From: Escherichia coli
GTDB lineage: Bacteria > Pseudomonadota > Gammaproteobacteria > Enterobacterales > Enterobacteriaceae
Strand: one strand, 5' to 3'
NCBI RefSeq assembly: GCF_965641715.1
Contig: NZ_OZ282453.1
DNA: 64,000 bases
Below the pieces are notes generated by a model. That model saw only the letters and a program-made list of their open reading frames with translations, was not told the DNA's origin and searched no databases. A program made the position numbers and the translations under genes. Positions 42,181 to 51,245 of the stretch are shown one piece after another. Position 1 is the first letter of the stretch. Every line of letters begins with the position of its first letter.

Positions 42181-44461
42181 GACTCGGGGGCGTATTGCCC
42201 CCTCGCTAGCCCTGCCAATATCTAAGCGCACCGGCGATACTTTCGTTGGTGCTTATCCCTGGAATGCTCCCCGCGCTGCCATTGGCCGTGACAGACCCCT
42301 TACACGTGCCGAATTCCGTCAGGTGCAAGGTGTTTTATACCGGATTGACCGCCTGCCTTTCTTTCTTAAGACGTTGTTTACTTCCCGTTATAACTTCATT
42401 CGTCGCACAAAGAGCCCGCCCGGGGCGCTCTATTTCCTGAAAAACACCTTTGAGCGGAAGCTGTTGCCGCGTCTTGAGCGCGTTAACGAGCTGTGCGGGA
42501 TGAATGAATCTGCGTCGATTGGTTTCTTGTCTGAGCGTGACGAATATGCGCGCTTGCCTGATATGAATGACAAAGAGCTGAAAAAATTTGCGGCCAGAAT
42601 TGCCGCGCAGCTCTGGCGTAAATACGAGGAACTCAGCGACGAATGGGCTGAGGCATTCGGCGGTAAAGAGACCCTTTTCACCGATGAGGCGCAGGTGCAC
42701 ATATATGGTCAGGTGGCTGGTGTTGCACGCGCGTTCAACTTAACCCCGCTCTACTGGAAAAAATACCGTAAGGGTCAGATGACGATCCGCATGGCGTTTT
42801 CCGCTATTTCCCGTCTGATAAAAGATGATTGGTGGGTTAACCAGCTCAAGGCGCAGCGTATGCGCTGGCGCGAGGCGCTGCTTATCGCTGCCGGTGAAGT
42901 CAACAAAGACCGTTCACCTTACGCCAGCAAAATGGCGATCCGCGAGGTTCACTCGCGCCGGCTGGCTAATCTCGAATACCTGAAATCCTGTGAGCTGGAA
43001 AACAAAGTTACCGGCGAACGTATCGACCTCATCAGTAAAGTCATGGGGAGTATTTCAAACCCTGAAATACGCCGTATGGAGCTGATGAACACCATTGCCG
43101 GAATTGAACGCTATGCGGCCAGCGTTGGTGATGTGGGAATGTTTATCACGCTGACCACGCCGTCGAAGTATCACCCGACCCGACAGGTCGGCAAAGGTGA
43201 CAGCAAAACGGTGCAGCTCAATCACGGCTGGAACGAAACCGCATTCACCCCTAAAAACGGCCAGCGCTATCTGTGCCGAATCTGGAGCCTGATGCGTACC
43301 GCTTTCAAAGATAACGATTTGGAAGTGTATGGGATGCGCGTTGTCGAGCCGCACCACGACGGCACGCCACACTGGCATATGATGCTTTTTTGCAAACTCA
43401 GTCAGCGTAAAGCTATCAACGAAATTATGCGTCGTTATGCCCTCAAAGAGGACGGACACGAAAAGGGCGCGGCAAAACAGCGCTTTGAGTCGCGTCACCT
43501 TAATCAGGGGGGCGCGGCGGGTTATATCGCCAAATACATTGCCAAAAATATCGACGGCTACGCGCTTGACGGTCAGCTCGATCACGATACCGGCAAATCT
43601 CTGAAAGATACGGCCGCAGCCGTAACCGCATGGGCGTCTACATGGCGTATCCCTCAGTTTAAACCGATTGGCCTCCCGACAATGGGCGCTTACCGCGAAC
43701 TGCGTAAGCTGCCGCGCGGGGTGAGTATCGCCAGCGAGTTTGACGACCGTGTCGAGGCCGTCCGGGCTGCTGCAGATGAGGGGGAATTTGACCTGTACAT
43801 CAGCGCGCAGGGTGGGGCAAACATGCCGCGTGATGCTCAGGCGGTCAGGGTCGCCCGTAAGGTGACGGATGAGGTAAACGAATACGAGGAGGATATCGAG
43901 AAAGTGGTCGGTATTTATGCCCCTCATCTTGGGGTGAGCCGCGTACATGTAACCCGTACAGCGGAATGGCGCATAGTTCCAAAGGTTTTGGCCGTTGAGC
44001 CTTTGACCTTAAAAAGCGGCTCTGCCGCGCCTCGGAGTCCTGTCAATAACTGTGGAAAGCTTGCCGACGGTGGCGATCCAGTTATGACACCTACACCGTC
44101 TGAGCAAGCCGCAGCGGTGTTAAATCTGATTGAGGCCGGGGTTATCGGCTGGAATGAGCCAGACGTCATGAAGGTTCTTAACGGCGCGTTAAAAGCTGGC
44201 GCACCTCGCAATAATCGCCAGCAAAGAAGCAATGCGCCACTCAAAACGAGCGAGCAAGCTCCATCAGCCAGGATGACAACACCAGAAAGGGATCGCGTGG
44301 CGAAAATTCGTTTCGATTTGGCTCAGGAGGGCATTACCCCAGAACGGTGGGCGCTCGAAGCGCTGGCGCGTGGGGCAACGGTGATTTATGGCGATAAAAA
44401 AATCAAATACGCGGCTGCTGATGAGTGGCCGGGATTCTCAATTCAAGAGGAGCAGAATTAA
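42170..44461 (+). CDS. A: Replication initiation endonuclease A (rolling-circle Rep)
   Basis: About 763 aa from MAVETRGRIAPSLALPISKRTGDTFVGAYPW; HUH-like motif (HHDGTPHWHMMLF) and active-site Tyr region (AGYIAKYIAKNIDGY). Confidence 0.9.
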   Translation: MAVETRGRIAPSLALPISKRTGDTFVGAYPWNAPRAAIGRDRPLTRAEFRQVQGVLYRIDRLPFFLKTLFTSRYNFIRRTKSPPGALYFLKNTFERKLLPRLERVNELCGMNESASIGFLSERDEYARLPDMNDKELKKFAARIAAQLWRKYEELSDEWAEAFGGKETLFTDEAQVHIYGQVAGVARAFNLTPLYWKKYRKGQMTIRMAFSAISRLIKDDWWVNQLKAQRMRWREALLIAAGEVNKDRSPYASKMAIREVHSRRLANLEYLKSCELENKVTGERIDLISKVMGSISNPEIRRMELMNTIAGIERYAASVGDVGMFITLTTPSKYHPTRQVGKGDSKTVQLNHGWNETAFTPKNGQRYLCRIWSLMRTAFKDNDLEVYGMRVVEPHHDGTPHWHMMLFCKLSQRKAINEIMRRYALKEDGHEKGAAKQRFESRHLNQGGAAGYIAKYIAKNIDGYALDGQLDHDTGKSLKDTAAAVTAWASTWRIPQFKPIGLPTMGAYRELRKLPRGVSIASEFDDRVEAVRAAADEGEFDLYISAQGGANMPRDAQAVRVARKVTDEVNEYEEDIEKVVGIYAPHLGVSRVHVTRTAEWRIVPKVLAVEPLTLKSGSAAPRSPVNNCGKLADGGDPVMTPTPSEQAAAVLNLIEAGVIGWNEPDVMKVLNGALKAGAPRNNRQQRSNAPLKTSEQAPSARMTTPERDRVAKIRFDLAQEGITPERWALEALARGATVIYGDKKIKYAAADEWPGFSIQEEQN

Positions 44462-44925
44462 TGAGCAAAATCCATGAGTTAAAAATTGCACCTGAGTATT
44501 TTAACTCTGTGATATCTCAGGAAAAACGTGCTGAATTTCGTCTCAATGACCGCGATTATTCTAGCGGTGATATTCTCGGGTTGCATGAATGGGAACCGGT
44601 AAACAGATATACCGGGAAACGTGTATCAGTGAGGGTGACAAACGTTACGGATTTATCTGAATGGGCGGAAAATTATGTGATGCTGAGTTTTCAGTTAATG
44701 ATGCCAGATGTCCAGTGCGGTATGTCCCTAATGAACTGGAAAGAGTTAAGCGAGAAGGGGCTTGTTTTCAGAGTTAATCACGAAATTCTACACCCGTTAG
44801 GGCTGGCTATTAGATATGAAACACTTAACAGCGTTTCTGGTAGGGCTTACATCGCTGATGATGGTGTCTGGCAATATTCCGACAAGTTGGTCGCAGATGC
44901 TAAAAAAAATGGGTGGTTAAAATGA
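44461..44925 (+). CDS. Hypothetical phage protein (154 aa), possible PUA/ASCH-like fold
   Basis: Start ATG overlaps the A stop; N-terminus MSKIHELKIAPEYFNSVISQEKRAEFRLNDRDY. Confidence 0.5.
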   Translation: MSKIHELKIAPEYFNSVISQEKRAEFRLNDRDYSSGDILGLHEWEPVNRYTGKRVSVRVTNVTDLSEWAENYVMLSFQLMMPDVQCGMSLMNWKELSEKGLVFRVNHEILHPLGLAIRYETLNSVSGRAYIADDGVWQYSDKLVADAKKNGWLK

Positions 44926-45161
44926 GTCATATGCGAATGATGCCAGTGCCGCCGATACATTCAACGCAAAACATTAAGCTGATGGCCGTCGTACATCGCC
45001 TGCAACAAATTATGATTAACGAGAATCTGACCCCTGACGAACTGGTCGGGTGTGCCGGTGTCGTCCGGGATAATCACCGCAAATACAGCGATATCAGCAA
45101 TCCGAAAATTGAGGCGTTTCGGCCACCAAATATGGCAAAGCCACCACCGCGTCGACCATAG
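44913..45161 (+). CDS. Hypothetical small ORF (82 aa)
   Basis: Track ORF only. Confidence 0.3.
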   Translation: MVKMSHMRMMPVPPIHSTQNIKLMAVVHRLQQIMINENLTPDELVGCAGVVRDNHRKYSDISNPKIEAFRPPNMAKPPPRRP

Positions 45162-45443
45162 CAAACGCCGCCGGTGCTGAAACTTGTTTTCAGTGCCAGC
45201 GGTGTTGAGCAACGAGCCCCGCGAGACGTTAGCCTGCACCGTAGAGACCACCCCCAACCGGCACGATTAAAGTCGGTTTTATTATGCAATTTTCCCACAA
45301 TTTCCCGGTTTTTTAGCCGTGCATGCAACAGGTGCATTTTTTTGCATACGTTGGGGATGCCTGTTCTGGCCGCGCGCCGCCAGAGCAGGCGCGGATCCAG
45401 AGTGGTCATGCAACTGCATTAAAAACGACCCATAAAGCGGGCA

Positions 45444-45462
45444 GGCGAGGCGGGGTAAGCGT
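45444..45462. other. Candidate cos (cohesive-end) site
   Basis: Seen: GGCGAGGCGGGGTAAGCGT; the first 12 nt match the P2/186 cohesive end GGCGAGGCGGGGAAAGCAC as I recall it; sits in a GC-rich, structured non-coding stretch. Confidence 0.5.
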
Positions 45463-45533
45463 TGCGCGCGCCTGTCAAAGATATTAAGATTGTCTCAAAA
45501 TCGATTGATTTTATTGAACTAATGGAGCTAGGA

Positions 45534-47090
45534 ATGATTAAGGGTATAGGTCTTCAAAACTTCAGGAGCTTTGTCAACAAAACGTTTATTGATTTAAAAC
45601 CAATTACAGTATTTGTTGGTAAGAACAGCAGTGGTAAAAGTTCCCTATTGCGCACATTTCCTTTACTTCGTCAATCTGTAGAAGAAAATACTACTGGCCC
45701 AATACTATGGTATGGGAGATATGTGGATTTTGGCGATTTTACAGATGTACTTTCCCGAAACTCTGAAAAAAAAGAAATTACGTTTAGTTTTTCACTCTCA
45801 ATTCCGCCAGAGGTTTCACAAAGATATACATATTATCGTTCTACTGATTTAGCAAAGCAACCAACAGATATTGAAGCAGAGTTAACTGTTTACTCTAAAG
45901 ATAAAAAAACAAAAACGAAAACGATTAAGCTTATATTGGCTGATTTAACAATATTTATTTCAATGGATGAGAGTAGTAATGTTAAATTACTCATTGAATC
46001 AGATGATAAAACAATAGAGCGTGATGGGATAATAGCTAAAAATCTTGGGCAGTTCATACCAAATCTAATTTTGAAGGGTAAGGAAGACAGTCCTCCTCCA
46101 AGCACATCATTCTATTTGAGACATTCTAGGCATGACAGGGCGTTAGAATTGTCATTTATTGATTCAGCGGCGAAATATATAAAGAAATATTTCCATACTA
46201 AATCTGATATAAATCAAGTGACAGAGGCATTCAAAAGAATTGGCTTTATACCCAAAGCGTACGCTAGTAAATTAGTTGCTTTTCTATTTAAGGAACAAAA
46301 AGTTTTTAGTAGAAACTTTGAATTTCAACATGATGAAATAATGAATGAGTTATATCCATTTATAATTGGATGGAATATTAATAATCTTATAGATATAATA
46401 AATACATCCTTGTCAGATTCATTCAGAAATGTAAAGTACATAGCTCCACTGCGTGCTACATCAGAAAGATTTTATCGTTTTCAAGATTTACAGGTTAATG
46501 AGATAGATCATACTGGTTCCAATCTTGCAATGCTTTTGAATTCATTAAGACCGGCTGATAAATCAAAATTTGAAGATTGGACAAAGTTAAATTTTGATTT
46601 CATTATCAAGGTTGAACAAAGTGGCTCTCACTTTGCAATTTTAATAAACACCGGTGAAAATAGTGAGAACTATAATGTTAGTGATATGGGGTTTGGTTAT
46701 TCTCAGGTTTTGCCGATAGTTACAGCCATTTGGCTTGAGACAGAACGTCGTGCTACCACGGTTAGAAAACCTATAACATTTATCATTGAGCAGCCAGAAT
46801 TGCATTTACATCCGTCATATCAGCATAATTTAGCAAGTATTTTTGCAAAAGTAGTAACTAAAGCAAAAGAAAATAATGTAGATTTGAAGATAATTTTTGA
46901 GACACATAGCCAGACCATGATTGAAGCACTTGGTGAATATATTGAGGAAAATGAAAGTCTTTCACAGGATGATATTTCAATACTGGTATTTGAAAAAGAT
47001 GATAAGCAGCAGACTATAGTTAAGAAATCTTATTTTGACGAGAATGGTTTCCTAAAAAATTGGCCGGTTGGCTTTTTCTCGGGTAAGTAG
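45534..47090 (+). CDS. Cargo gene 1: ABC/OLD-type (AAA_15/AAA_21-like) ATPase, about 518 aa
   Basis: Walker A GKNSSGKSS; Walker B/D-loop FIIEQPELHLHP; H-loop-like IFETHS; AT-rich; SD GGAG upstream of the ATG chosen at MIKGIGLQNFRSF. Confidence 0.75.
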   Translation: MIKGIGLQNFRSFVNKTFIDLKPITVFVGKNSSGKSSLLRTFPLLRQSVEENTTGPILWYGRYVDFGDFTDVLSRNSEKKEITFSFSLSIPPEVSQRYTYYRSTDLAKQPTDIEAELTVYSKDKKTKTKTIKLILADLTIFISMDESSNVKLLIESDDKTIERDGIIAKNLGQFIPNLILKGKEDSPPPSTSFYLRHSRHDRALELSFIDSAAKYIKKYFHTKSDINQVTEAFKRIGFIPKAYASKLVAFLFKEQKVFSRNFEFQHDEIMNELYPFIIGWNINNLIDIINTSLSDSFRNVKYIAPLRATSERFYRFQDLQVNEIDHTGSNLAMLLNSLRPADKSKFEDWTKLNFDFIIKVEQSGSHFAILINTGENSENYNVSDMGFGYSQVLPIVTAIWLETERRATTVRKPITFIIEQPELHLHPSYQHNLASIFAKVVTKAKENNVDLKIIFETHSQTMIEALGEYIEENESLSQDDISILVFEKDDKQQTIVKKSYFDENGFLKNWPVGFFSGK

Positions 47091-47092
47091 TT

Positions 47093-48205
47093 ATGTTGAT
47101 TAATATCGAAAATGCGACACCTGAGAAGGTGCTAAATAACTCATTTGCCATAGCGGTTGAAAATATACTTCGGGCATTCGCTGAACAAAAACACTTGGTT
47201 ATAGGGGCAAGGGTTTTTTTTAAAACTATTATCAATGATCAAAGCGGGCTTTATAGCCTTTCATCAAAAAGTTACGCGCAAGAGGCTTTGTCGGGTCTAA
47301 CAGAGTACTATGCTATCTTGGATCAGGTCTCATTTTATGTATCTGTCGACTTTAATATTAGTGATAAATCATTTAAATGGGTTCAGATCGGTGAATCTTT
47401 TAAATTTGTTTGTGGTCCATTGTATTTTAATGACTCGGCACAATTGCAAAAAACGAAAATAGTATGTGAAAATCCTTTGGATTCTGATTTTTTTAAGGTT
47501 ATAGCGGCTCATTATGCCGAAGGTATTAACTTATCTCGCTGCGAAATGGGTTTTATCGCTCTAAATGGCGGTGGGGGCAGTACTAAGGATATATTCGAGC
47601 GTGCAATTCAAAATAATGAGATAGTTTTTTGTATTGTGGATAATGACAAAAAACATCCTGGAGCCCCATTCGGAGGTACTTGCTCACATTTTTTGGGCTC
47701 ACAAATTACTCGCTCAGGTTTCGTGGAGATTTTAGATGTACATGAAATAGAATCTCTAGTTCCTTTATCGACAATTGAAGATGTATTAAGAAGTCAAAGT
47801 CAATTGCAACAAAAAGAAAAATCTCTCATTTTCTTTAAGCATCTTTGCTCCGTAGATGAATCAGTAAAATTTTATATTGACCATAAAAAAGGTTTTGATT
47901 TTAAAACAGCCCTTGAACTCGATCGAAAACATGGTGCATATTGGCGTCCGATATTAAAGAAGCTTGATATAAAATATGATTGTGAGTATATCGAATCAAA
48001 ACGTTGTAGCTGCAACGCTGCTTGTGTAAGTTATGATGGTTTTGGAGAGAATTTGCTCAGCAATACATTGAAATATATACAAAAGGGAAGTTTAAAAAAA
48101 TATAATCCTCACCTAACACCAGTGCTTTCTGATAAATGGTATAAGTTAGGTAAGAATTTCTTTAGTTGGAGTTGTGGTCCATATAAAAAAGCAAGGGTTG
48201 GTTAA
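47093..48205 (+). CDS. Cargo gene 2: 370-aa partner protein, possible TOPRIM/DUF4435-like effector with C-terminal Cys cluster
   Basis: ATG 2 nt after the cargo-1 stop; hydrophobic strand plus DxD (IVFCIVDNDKKHPG); CEYIESKRCSCNAAC cluster; AT-rich. Confidence 0.65.
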   Translation: MLINIENATPEKVLNNSFAIAVENILRAFAEQKHLVIGARVFFKTIINDQSGLYSLSSKSYAQEALSGLTEYYAILDQVSFYVSVDFNISDKSFKWVQIGESFKFVCGPLYFNDSAQLQKTKIVCENPLDSDFFKVIAAHYAEGINLSRCEMGFIALNGGGGSTKDIFERAIQNNEIVFCIVDNDKKHPGAPFGGTCSHFLGSQITRSGFVEILDVHEIESLVPLSTIEDVLRSQSQLQQKEKSLIFFKHLCSVDESVKFYIDHKKGFDFKTALELDRKHGAYWRPILKKLDIKYDCEYIESKRCSCNAACVSYDGFGENLLSNTLKYIQKGSLKKYNPHLTPVLSDKWYKLGKNFFSWSCGPYKKARVG

Positions 48206-48300
48206 ATTATCACAGCCCCGATAAAGTGGGCTGTGATGTTATTATCTGTGGTTCTTGAGTTACAGGGCTGAATATAATGTTGAGATGTTTATTTTGAAAA

Positions 48301-49308
48301 TCAAAGTGAATATTTTTTAAATCTTATAACTTCCATTTCTAACCAGTTGTTTAGTTCTTTGAACCGTTCCTGTAAAGGAGTTAACTCATTTCGGACAAAC
48401 ACTTGTGCAGCTTTTACAACATCACCAAAACCGCCAACATTGTCAGGCATAATTCCCATCATTTGTGGTGGTACCCTATGAGCACTCAACAAATCTTCTG
48501 CACTAACCTTTTTGATATTGAAAAAATCATCTTTCGTGGCGACTTCACTCAACGGCACAATCTTGATGCCATCCGGTTTCCCGTTGGGCGCGTAGAAAAA
48601 CAGGTTTTTGAAATTCCCGAGTCCTTTTGAGTCGCGCATCGCGTTACGGAGAGATTCAACATCGGTGCTGCTCTGTGCCGCGTCGGTGACATACATGATG
48701 TACCCCGCATGTGCGCCATTCTGATAATACTTGCGGCGAAACAGGGTAGCGGATTCATTCAGCCAGGCGGAATTAAGCGCGCTCAGGTATTCCGGCATCC
48801 CGTACAGCTCCTGATTGATATCGGGCTCAAGCAGGTGACACACAGAACCGGGGGCGAACGGGTGCGGCTGGGTGTAGCTCGACACGTACCAGTAAACGCC
48901 ATCTTCGACACCCCGGCGGGTGTATTTGGCCGGTGAGGTTTCCAGTTTTAAGAGCTGGCCGGTGACGCTCATGCGCTTCTCAAGATAGCCGTTGGCAAAA
49001 ACCAGATAATCAAGCACAAGGCGACTGAAATCCTGACGTGACAGCAACGGGTGCGGGATATAGGTGCTCGTCAGAATGTTACGTTTCACGTAAATCGGCG
49101 AGCTGTGATGGACGGCGGCGCGCAGGCTTTTTGCCAGTCCCGAGAAATTGACCGGCGGCTCGTACCATTTCCCGTTATTGATACACTCTACGTAGTCGAG
49201 GATGTCGCGGCGATCCAGAACGGGAGAAGGCTCACCAAAGGTGAACGCCTCCATTTTTTGCGGTGCGCTGGCGGTCATTGTGGCGGGTTTCTTCTGTCGT
49301 TTTTTCAT
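48301..49308 (-). CDS. Q: Portal protein (gpQ)
   Basis: 335 aa; position and length as P2 Q; divergent from the capsid operon. Confidence 0.85.
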   Translation of the reverse strand: MKKRQKKPATMTASAPQKMEAFTFGEPSPVLDRRDILDYVECINNGKWYEPPVNFSGLAKSLRAAVHHSSPIYVKRNILTSTYIPHPLLSRQDFSRLVLDYLVFANGYLEKRMSVTGQLLKLETSPAKYTRRGVEDGVYWYVSSYTQPHPFAPGSVCHLLEPDINQELYGMPEYLSALNSAWLNESATLFRRKYYQNGAHAGYIMYVTDAAQSSTDVESLRNAMRDSKGLGNFKNLFFYAPNGKPDGIKIVPLSEVATKDDFFNIKKVSAEDLLSAHRVPPQMMGIMPDNVGGFGDVVKAAQVFVRNELTPLQERFKELNNWLEMEVIRFKKYSL

Positions 49309-49309
49309 C

Positions 49310-51079
49310 TTAGTTAATATCCAGAATTGAGGTTGATTGCATGCCGCTACCGGCGGAAAGCGGCTCGTTTAACAGGGCGTGCATGGTCGCCCACGCAATA
49401 TCCGCGTGACTGGCTTCCTCGCTGCGGCTGGCTTCATAGGTGGCACTGCGCCCGCTGCTGGTCATGGTTTTACGGATCGCCATAAATGACTGCGTGATGT
49501 CGGTTGCTCCGGCGTCATATTCCAGACACCCGCGTCGGATGGTGTCTTTCGCTTTCAGCACCATCGCGGTTTTCATTTCCGGCGTGTAGCGAATGGCGCG
49601 CGCTGCCGGGAAGAAGGAGCGCACGAGCTGGTAAACACCCTGGCCGATGCCGGTCGCATCGATGCCGATATACTCGACGCAATATTTCTCTGTCAGCTCG
49701 CGGATGGCCTCGGCCTGCGTCGCAAAACCCATCCCTTTCCACTGGTGACGCTCAAGGATGCGGAACTTGCCACCGGCAACCAGTGGCGGAGCCAGTACCG
49801 CACAGCCTGCGCTGTCGCCGGTGTGCGACGGGTCATAGCCAATCCAGACCGGACGCCAGTTAAACGGACGGTCAGAGAACGGCGCAAAGTCCTCCCATTC
49901 TTCCATCGCATCGACCATGCAGCGCTGCAGCTCCTCGAACGGGAATACCGACGCTTTATCGTCGACGAATTCGCACATGAAGAGGTTGCGGAAATCGTCG
50001 GCGCTGTTTTCCTGTTTCAGTTGATCCAGATTAAACAGGGTGCAGCCACCGGCGAGGGCATCCTCAATGGTGACGATCTGCCGCCACTGCCCGTCCGGGC
50101 ACAGCACGCCACCGGCGAGCGCCTTATGACTGATGTCAATGTCGACACGCTCACTCGCGCTGCTGCGTCCCCTGTTGAACAGCTCACCTGACCAGAACGG
50201 ATACGCGCCGTGCGCCAGCGTCGAAGGGGTTGAAAAATAGGTGGTGCGCAGGTGGGATTGTGACGCCATCCCCGAGGCCACTTTACGCAGCCGCTGAAAG
50301 TTGGGGATCCAGAAGATTTCATCGACATACAGGTCGCCGTTATGGCTCTGCGCGGTGTTGGAGTTTGTCCCGAGGAAAATCAGCTCTGCACCGTTGTTGC
50401 CGATAACAATCGGGTCGCCTGACAGGTCGACGTCGACCATGCGCGCAAAGGCGATGATGTACTTTCGGAACACGTAAGCCAGCGTCTTACTGGCTGACAA
50501 AAATATCTGGTTTTGCCCGGTTTTGAGGGCGCGCAGTAATGACTCACGGGCAAAGTAGAACGTCGCGCCAATCTGGCGTGATTTGAGGATGTGGCGAATA
50601 CGGTGCGCGATACCGGCCTTGTGCCAGTTGAGCTGATACTCAAAGGACTGGTCGAAGAAAATCTCTTCCAGCTTTTCGATGGCCTCATCGCTGAAAAAAT
50701 TGCGTTTCGGCTTGCGGCGATCGCCCTTGTTACGACTGGCAATGTTGGGGTTTAAATCCACTTCATTACCGGTCTGGCCGTAGCGGTTGATGCGTGCGAA
50801 CCGTTCCATCTGGCGTGACAGAAAGTCAGCGACCTTAAAGTCATGCGGCGTCAGGTCAGGCTTTGCATAAAGCTGAATCAGGCGCGCCTCGAGCGTCGTT
50901 TCCACGCGGTTAAGCGGGGCGGTTTCCTCCCACCCGTCACGCTGTTTCCAGCTCTGCACGGTCGGGCGCTTAACCTGCAGTGTGTCGGCGATTTGTGGCA
51001 CGGAAAATCCCTGCCAGAACAACAGCCGCGCCTGTCGTCGCGGGTCATGCAAAAGGGAGAGGTCAGTCGAAATGGTCAT
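49310..51079 (-). CDS. P: Terminase large (ATPase) subunit (gpP)
   Basis: About 589 aa from MTISTDLSLLHD; the track ORF begins at an upstream TTG. Confidence 0.85.
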   Translation of the reverse strand: MTISTDLSLLHDPRRQARLLFWQGFSVPQIADTLQVKRPTVQSWKQRDGWEETAPLNRVETTLEARLIQLYAKPDLTPHDFKVADFLSRQMERFARINRYGQTGNEVDLNPNIASRNKGDRRKPKRNFFSDEAIEKLEEIFFDQSFEYQLNWHKAGIAHRIRHILKSRQIGATFYFARESLLRALKTGQNQIFLSASKTLAYVFRKYIIAFARMVDVDLSGDPIVIGNNGAELIFLGTNSNTAQSHNGDLYVDEIFWIPNFQRLRKVASGMASQSHLRTTYFSTPSTLAHGAYPFWSGELFNRGRSSASERVDIDISHKALAGGVLCPDGQWRQIVTIEDALAGGCTLFNLDQLKQENSADDFRNLFMCEFVDDKASVFPFEELQRCMVDAMEEWEDFAPFSDRPFNWRPVWIGYDPSHTGDSAGCAVLAPPLVAGGKFRILERHQWKGMGFATQAEAIRELTEKYCVEYIGIDATGIGQGVYQLVRSFFPAARAIRYTPEMKTAMVLKAKDTIRRGCLEYDAGATDITQSFMAIRKTMTSSGRSATYEASRSEEASHADIAWATMHALLNEPLSAGSGMQSTSILDIN

Positions 51080-51245
51080 GGTTGCCTCGTACTGGTGAAT
51101 ACGGGGCAAGGCTAAGGAAATAGCCGGGTATTATCGCTAACCCCCTGTTGTGTCAGGGGTTGCACTTCCGCAAGCGGTGGCTGATGTGGGGCGGAGTCGG
51201 GAAACTACCCCCGAACCGAAAACCCAACATCAGGACACCTGAACA

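Noticed and set aside
43055-44244. 297-aa and 106-aa ORFs on the - strand inside gene A
   Set aside because: Antisense to a well-supported replication gene; typical GC-rich shadow ORFs.
51110-51245. Search for P2-type late promoter activator sites (TGT-N12-ACA) between divergent P and O genes
   Set aside because: I could not find a clean match by eye; late promoters are probably here but I cannot place them from sequence alone.
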